Source: Chrysomallon squamiferum
Lineage: Eukaryota; Animalia; Mollusca
DNA: 64,000 nt
Reading direction: 5' to 3'
Assembly: GCA_012295275.1 (NCBI GenBank)
Contig: CM022670.1
Span: forward strand, 12,214,001 to 12,278,000
Below are positions 30,030 to 64,000 of the stretch, in pieces. Position 1 is the stretch's first letter, and each line of letters opens with the position of its first letter. The notes beneath the pieces are model-generated. The model was not told the DNA's origin. It saw nothing but the letters and a program-made list of their open reading frames with translations, and did no database searches. The position numbers and the translations under genes are program-made.

Positions 30030-30069
<40 letters not shown>

Positions 30070-30087
30070 TTCTGTAAAAAGTAATAT

Positions 30088-30470
30088 TTTTACTGTAGAC
30101 TATTTGTGTTTTCTATTTTCACTATTTACTATTTGGCATTCATAATTTAACTATAGACGTTCTGTCATTCATATTTAAACTATAGACAATTTGATATTCA
30201 TAGTTTAACTATAGACTTTTTGTCATTACTATTTTAACTATAGACTTTGATATTCATATTTTAACTATAGACTATTTGAAATTCATATTTTTAATTATAA
30301 ACGTTTTGTCATTCGTATTTTAATTATGGACTATTTATTGTTGGTATTTTAAACTGTAGATTATTTGTCATTCATATTTTAATAATAAACTATTTTTTTT
30401 TTTTTTAATATTTTTAACTATACACTTTATGTTGTTGATATTTTTGACTTCAGAACATTTGTCTTTCATA
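30088..30470. repeat. Degenerate ~29-nt minisatellite, ~13 copies
   Basis: Recurrent (t)ttaactatagac...ttgtcattcatat units. Confidence 0.85.
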
Positions 30471-32384
30471 CTGGCTGTCAAAATTGTCTTTCAAATGTTA
30501 CATTTTTATTTTTATTTATTTTTATTTATTTATTTAATTTTTTTTTTTTTTTTTTTGTAAAATGAAATAATGGACAGGTTTTTTTTTTTACGGGACAAAT
30601 TTTCGTAATGAATTCCTTTCTTATATATTTCAACGAAAATATCTCATCGTGTTTGCAAAAGTAATAATGTCAGCAGAAGTCAATTTTAATACCCTTTGGC
30701 GATTTTCGCTGTCTTTCAGTTCTAAAAGGATACAAATTATTGCTAATGCCAGGAGAGAGAGAGAGAAAAAAAATTATATCTAAAACAGGGAAATGGAAAA
30801 TATTTTATGATTACTTGCGTCAGAATCTGCGTTACGATGATTTACCTTTCTAAAGAAAGTTTGCAAATAAATAATCCAGTTGCTCTTTGCAAATCGGCAA
30901 GTGTAGTCCATGGAATGTTTGCTGTCTTTCATCTGTCATATGTTTTAATTAACAAATATTCTGAATATAGTAATCAAATATAACTGAAAGCATGTGTTTT
31001 ACATATAATAACAGTTAAAAAAAAATGTAACGAAATGATGTTGAATATTCTCATCTTATTCACTGCAATCATGAACACCATCAGAACAGTAACAACTAGT
31101 AATCTTCTAACTTGATAAAAAAATATATATATAAATATCGAAAAAGATAAGAAGAAGAACATTTTTTGGAGAAAAATAATTCTAGTTCATAATTTTGATT
31201 CTGCAGTTCAAAGTAGTTCGATGGTGTAATGAAATTTTTTTTTCTTCAAATCTTTATTGAGTAGAAGGTTCTTGCGTTATTCTATAAAACAAGGGTCATA
31301 ACTCAGGTGTCGGTTTTGTTCCTTTTCTCCATTTTTTTATTTTGTTATTTTTATTATTATTATATTTTGACTTTATCATGTAGTTAACTGGAAACTATTT
31401 TAAGACAAACAGCTATAATTACAGCAAAACAACTTCTTAGGAAACCGTAACTGCAATTTCTTTGCTTGTTTCTTTGTTTATTCATTTTTTAATACATTCA
31501 TAAAAGGCTAAAACGTACAATAATGTAAAATTAATTTTTTGACATAACAAAGCAATATTACTATTTATCACCAGAACTCTTTTCCCAATTTAACACTAGA
31601 AAATTACATTTACATAGTGAAGTATTTAAATTTTAGAACTAACGTCACTAGGTTTGTAGCTCGTAAAACGATAACATCGGTATTATTTTAAATTATTATT
31701 AGAGGCTATGTGTAATTTTAAACAAATTCAGCTGATTCTGAGGGTCACCTCATTACTGGTGACTGATGACGGTGCTGTAGAACTGAATAGAAATAAAACA
31801 GAACAACATAAATCTTTAGTTCAAAAACATTTCCAAATTTTTATTAAATTAAATGCACTGGAAGATTTTAAAATATTTTTCAGCATTTCATGGGAAGTTC
31901 TCAACTCGTTGTAAAGAACTGTTACAATGAAAAGAGACACACAAAACACAAATTTAACACATCGTGTCAAACTGAATATAAAAACAATATAAAAAAACAA
32001 CAACAAAAAATTAATAGTTTGAAACATGTACGCTGTTCCCACTTAAAACATGAAACAATTTTAACTGGGTTGAAAATACGTGCGTGATAGATAATTAACA
32101 AATTAACATAACTGATTTAACAGGTCATTTCAGCAGTTAACTAAAACAGTTTAAATAAATCGATTTAACCATTAGCCATAATTAACAGCATTTAACTTAA
32201 AGTCAATTTATAAATATAAATACTCCTTAGTTATTTTACCCAACCTGATTCAGTTAGAACGTTTTAAAATCAGTGTATTTGAATGTACTTCATAAGCCAA
32301 AGTTATAATACAAATATAATATGATTATCTTATGGAATATAGTAACTAAATGTGCAATCACAACATTATAAAGTTCTTAAATAT

Positions 32385-59187
<26,803 letters not shown>

Positions 59188-59189
59188 CT

Positions 59190-59750
59190 TCTGACACAAT
59201 TTCCTTCGTCTTCTTATTTTATAAAAAAAAAAAAAAAAAAAAAGAAGAAGAAAAAAAAAAGATGGCGGACTCGTCTGCTGGAAGACTCGAAAATGAAAAA
59301 AAGGTGTCAAGCCAACAACATCTCTTCCATGATACTTTAATCCGAGCTCTTCGACAGCACTAGAGATTCATCGAGACTATAAATGTCATTGTTACTAGCC
59401 CTGTTTCCGCCATGTTGTCAAACTCGCAATTTGCCCGAACCCTGTTTCCGAAACGCGAAGACGTTTTGTGCAAGAGATGAACGTAAGATACAAACCCCGT
59501 TTTGTGTTTGCGTGCTTGCTGTATCTTCAGATTGTATCTGGTGAATCTGTAATCAATTTAGAATACGAGGCGACTGCACCGTTTGACAAGAGAATCCATT
59601 ATGAACCGACAGTGCAGCGAACCACTAGCGCGGGTGATTTAGGTCCAGCCAGCGTGCCTTCACGATAATAGCTATCTCCGAGTCGACGCTGTGAAATATT
59701 GATATGGAAAGAGGTATTTTAACAAATTCGGCATCGCACACACGAGTCTA
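59190..59750 (-). promoter_or_regulatory. Putative 5'UTR / proximal promoter of gene B
   Basis: CpG-enriched island immediately upstream of the ATG, with YY1-like motifs AAGATGGCGG (~59259) and CGCCATGTT (~59408). Confidence 0.45.
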
Positions 59751-60338
59751 ATTCCTGAGAATGGAATATCGCCAACAAAGGTGATTTTTCTGAGGTGTGA
59801 AAAAAAAAATGGTAATTGCTCGGAAGTTTAAATAGATTGCGGATTCTGCAGTGCAATCAGTTAATATTCTTTTCCGTGATGATGTGTAATTTCCCAATCC
59901 AGCCAAGTCTGATAATGTCTGAGCATCCCTGGTAATTTGTGTAGATGAAATTTTGACGACTGATAACAACAAAAAACCCCAAAACAAACAAAAAACAACA
60001 AAACAAGAACCCTAAAACACAACAACAACAAACCCGAAAAAACAAGATAATAATAATGAAAAACTAAAACTAAAATAAAATAAAATAAAATAAAATAAAA
60101 TAAAAATTAAAAAAACTAGACACAACAAAAAAAGACTAACATAAAACATACACATCATACACAAAAGTAACTCTATAACATCATCTTATGAAAATTGGAT
60201 TCTAAAAGAAGATATTTATTTATTTAAATATTTTTAATAAACTAAATGAATCTCTCTCCCAAAAAATAAAATAAAATAAAATAAAAAAATAAACCTCTCT
60301 AAAAATAAATTAATATATATAATAATAAAAAGAAGTAA

Positions 60339-60395
<57 letters not shown>

Positions 60396-60428
60396 AATAC
60401 ATAAATAAATAAATAGAATGAAAAGAAG

Positions 60429-60489
<61 letters not shown>

Positions 60490-61868
60490 AACAACAAACA
60501 AAAATAGTAAACATTTGTATCCTTTTGAAAAACAAATCGTCTCTACTAAGATATTATATACTAAAATAATAAAATAATAACAAAGAAAACTAAGAAAAAC
60601 AAACAACAAAACAATAGGAAAGAAATGGACTGCACACAATTTTCATCCGATCTTTACAGTTACAACCGTTTTATTAATTAAATGTACCAAATTATCAGTT
60701 CCTGTTAAAAGGTCACATTGCTAGACGTCTAACGTCCAAACGTTATTCCTGATCGTAATTGGTACACGGAGCTAAATGAAAAAGTTGTGACACAGAACAA
60801 AATTGTTTCAGTTTACTGTTTAGTAGTACGTCAAAGCATCATAGGTTCATTTCCACCCAGGCATCATAACCATCACGTACAAGATGGAAAATATTCTGAA
60901 TGGTTTAGTCATCTAGCGAGTGTATCGAATGATATAAACACTTTATTAGGTTACTGAAGAAAGTCAAAGATATTGGATAATAACAAATATGACCTATATG
61001 CAGTTAATACTGGCATGGTCAAGAGTAAATGTTAAGTTTGGTAACGTGGTACACACTTAACTAGATTACTTTTTTGCAAGCAGGAAAGGTCCATTAGATG
61101 CAAAAAGTTGGCCATAAGTCTCATTTCTTTTTTGCTGCTACTAATATTACTAATAATACTGACACGGTCGCAACACTAAAACCATTGCTATTATTATAAT
61201 GATGATGATGACGACGATGATAATGTTGGTGATGATGATGATGTTATGACTAGTTTTGTTTTTGTTGTTAATTTATTATTTTCTAGCCAGTGACAGGTCC
61301 AAAACAAAAAATTGTGTATCTTTTCTGTTTATGGGAAGGCTAAACAATATTTACTCTAAACTGTTAACTCAGCAACAAAAAGAAGAAAAACTCAATAAAA
61401 CAAATAAAATCTCATTAAAAAAAAAAAAAAAAATTTCACCCACAACAAAAAACAAAACAAAAATAAAAACAACAAAAAATTACAAAAAATTATTAATTAT
61501 GGATGACAATTTATATCTTCAGAATGTAGGTGAATATATATTTTTGAACAATTGATTTGTCAGCTTTTCTATTTTTAATAGAGCAATCTGGTCTCTTACA
61601 GATGTCTAGACTTTACCTTCATTTTTTTTTTTAACCTGACGCGTCTGGAACTGGTGCACAAGAATTAGCTAACATATATAAAACTACACTTTCTGCAGAT
61701 ACAGCCAAGTCCTTGGAAATATTCTATTATACATAGAACAATTGAGTTAAAAAATGCCAAGGGACATCGAGCTTCCTTTCTTGGCTTAATCAAGTTAAAT
61801 TTGTGATTTGTTAAAAATACATTTAAAATTTACTCGTAAAGCAAGTGATTTATTTAAATAATAAAATA

Positions 61869-61902
<34 letters not shown>

Positions 61903-61976
61903 CACACACACACACACACGTAAACGTACACACACAGATAAAAGCATGTTTATAAATAATAAAATTATATATACGC

Positions 61977-62015
<39 letters not shown>

Positions 62016-64000
62016 AAATATTTTTTTTTTATCGGTGAAAGTGGAATGAACGTTTAAGTATGATCATCTCTTTATAATAGTTATATGATAATTATTATTA
62101 TTACTTTGAAAAATGAGGAAGACGACACTCTGTTATTTAAAAATTGTCGAAAATAAATGTTTCTCTTCAGCAATAATTTCACTTCTAAAAACGTTAATGT
62201 AGACATATAGTCAACGAAACAGTTCTGAAACCAAGGAAAAGTAGTCAAAAATGGATACAGACAAACTGCAGAGTATAAAAAAACCCTGAGCCCTCTCTTT
62301 TTCCCGGAAACGGAACTAATGACATCAGAGGAATGCTGTTTCTTCACATCAGGTTCTTATTTGTGAAGGAGTTTGTTCCAGTCTGACACCCAGACTCGTG
62401 TGTTTCAGCGACAACCTAGTAAAAAAATCGATTCACCATTGTACTCCGGTCCCCAGGGAATAAAACAAAAATGGCGGACAAACGAAATAGAATCTGGCTA
62501 TTGATTTATGTAGGAGGAAATAATGTCTAAGATAGAAGACGTCAAGTTTATTCTCAGAGCATCATGGTAACGTAGCGCCATTTTCATTAGGAAAAAAGTT
62601 AAGGTTACTGTGCAAGGTAATGATTGGGTTTTTTAAATTATATAATTACACGATTCATTAGTGTCAAGTACTGTAAATTAGTCTGCATACCGATAGTGAG
62701 CTTTCTGGAGTTAATAATAATGTGTTTGCCTTAACAAAAAACAACAACAAAGTACAATTGCTTTTGCCCAGAATGTTTGCAAAACAACATAAATAAAATT
62801 TTATATATATATATATAAAAATAAAATATATAATAATAAAATTTTAAAATATTAAGAGCATCAGAAGAACATCAGTAAAGTAAAGCGGAAATAAATCCAC
62901 CAATAATAACAGGAAGAAAAACAAATTTGTCAACAGCTGCAGCAGCAACAAACTAAAATTACAACAACAATAACCACGACAAACCAGACGTCCAAACAAC
63001 AACAACAATAACAACGACATCAAAGGTTTCTATTACAATAACCGAACATGCATAAAAGAATCGCTCTGTTTAGCACGCTTTGTTTATTCACACTATTTAC
63101 AAACAATCCATAATTTCGCAAGAAGACACAAATTCAACTCATCACATCAGCAAAATACGTGGAAGTACGTGATAAATATTTTACAGTTTGTAACGCGAGT
63201 ATCAGTATGTAGCTGTGAAGTCTATAGTAAAGTTAATGTTACTTTGGCTACTGTCAACGTTAATGTCATCACATCTGAAAGTTAACACAGTGCAGCAATA
63301 AGGGCTCTGCAATCAACGCACGCGCTTAGTTTGGCCCGTCCCTAGAGACTGGGAGAAATAATCTGTCACACCTAACAATACGTCTGCAGTGTTTTTAATG
63401 CTGAACATTCGCGACAAATTTAAAAGCTTAAATGATTTTTGTGTTTGGAATAATAATGATGATCAGGGTGACAATCGTGATGGCAGTGCAACGACGACAA
63501 CGACGATAGCAGGAATTGAAGCGACAAGAATTTTAACAGCAACGCAACAACAACAACAACAACAACAACAACAACGATAATAATAATAATAATAGTGTAC
63601 AGTTAGTTATTTGTGAAAGAAAAAACAAAGTGCGGTAGAAAAAAAACATTAAATAATTTTAAAAACCCAACTAATCAATATAAGATTATTAAATATTCAC
63701 AAAAATGTAACAAGAAATAAAAAGTAGAAGAAGAATAAAAAACAACACAATAATAATAATAACAAAATACATAAAAAAAAAAAGATGAATAGCAGATTAA
63801 AAATAACAAAGCAACAAAAATAATAATTAAAAGACTCCCCGCTAAATTCAAATTCGAATTCTAACAACAACAACAGCAACAACATAAAAAATAATATAAA
63901 AATAATATATTTAATTATCAAGCAAGAAATTAAATTCAATATTGATTGTTGATTTTTAAGGAAAAAGTTGATTTTTTTTTTTTGTGATTTTTTTAGAAAA

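Overview
AT-rich, microsatellite-dense animal genomic DNA, probably a mollusc or other spiralian invertebrate (inference from composition and receptor style only). It holds two intron-rich AMPA-type (GRIA/GluA-like) ionotropic glutamate receptor genes arranged tail to tail. Gene A (+) is partial: 8 exons at 4420-18057 encode ~450 aa from the start of S1 to the C-terminus, and no ATD exons are visible. Gene B (-) is complete: 17 exons at 59187-32385 encode 921 aa. I assembled both by hand from GT-AG boundaries with consistent phases. The most unusual feature is a 54-nt x12 minisatellite in gene B made from its own exon 6/intron boundary, so that it reads as alternating 24-nt GT..AG segments and 30-nt in-frame copies of the exon end. 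Other notable points are a Met at the Q/R pore site and an altered ligand pocket in gene A, a perfect 25-bp hairpin in the intron after gene A's pore exon, a proline-rich and PDZ-ligand tail in gene B, and a FLYWCH-bearing Mutator-like element whose target-site duplication is confirmed by empty sites in neighbouring tandem-repeat copies.
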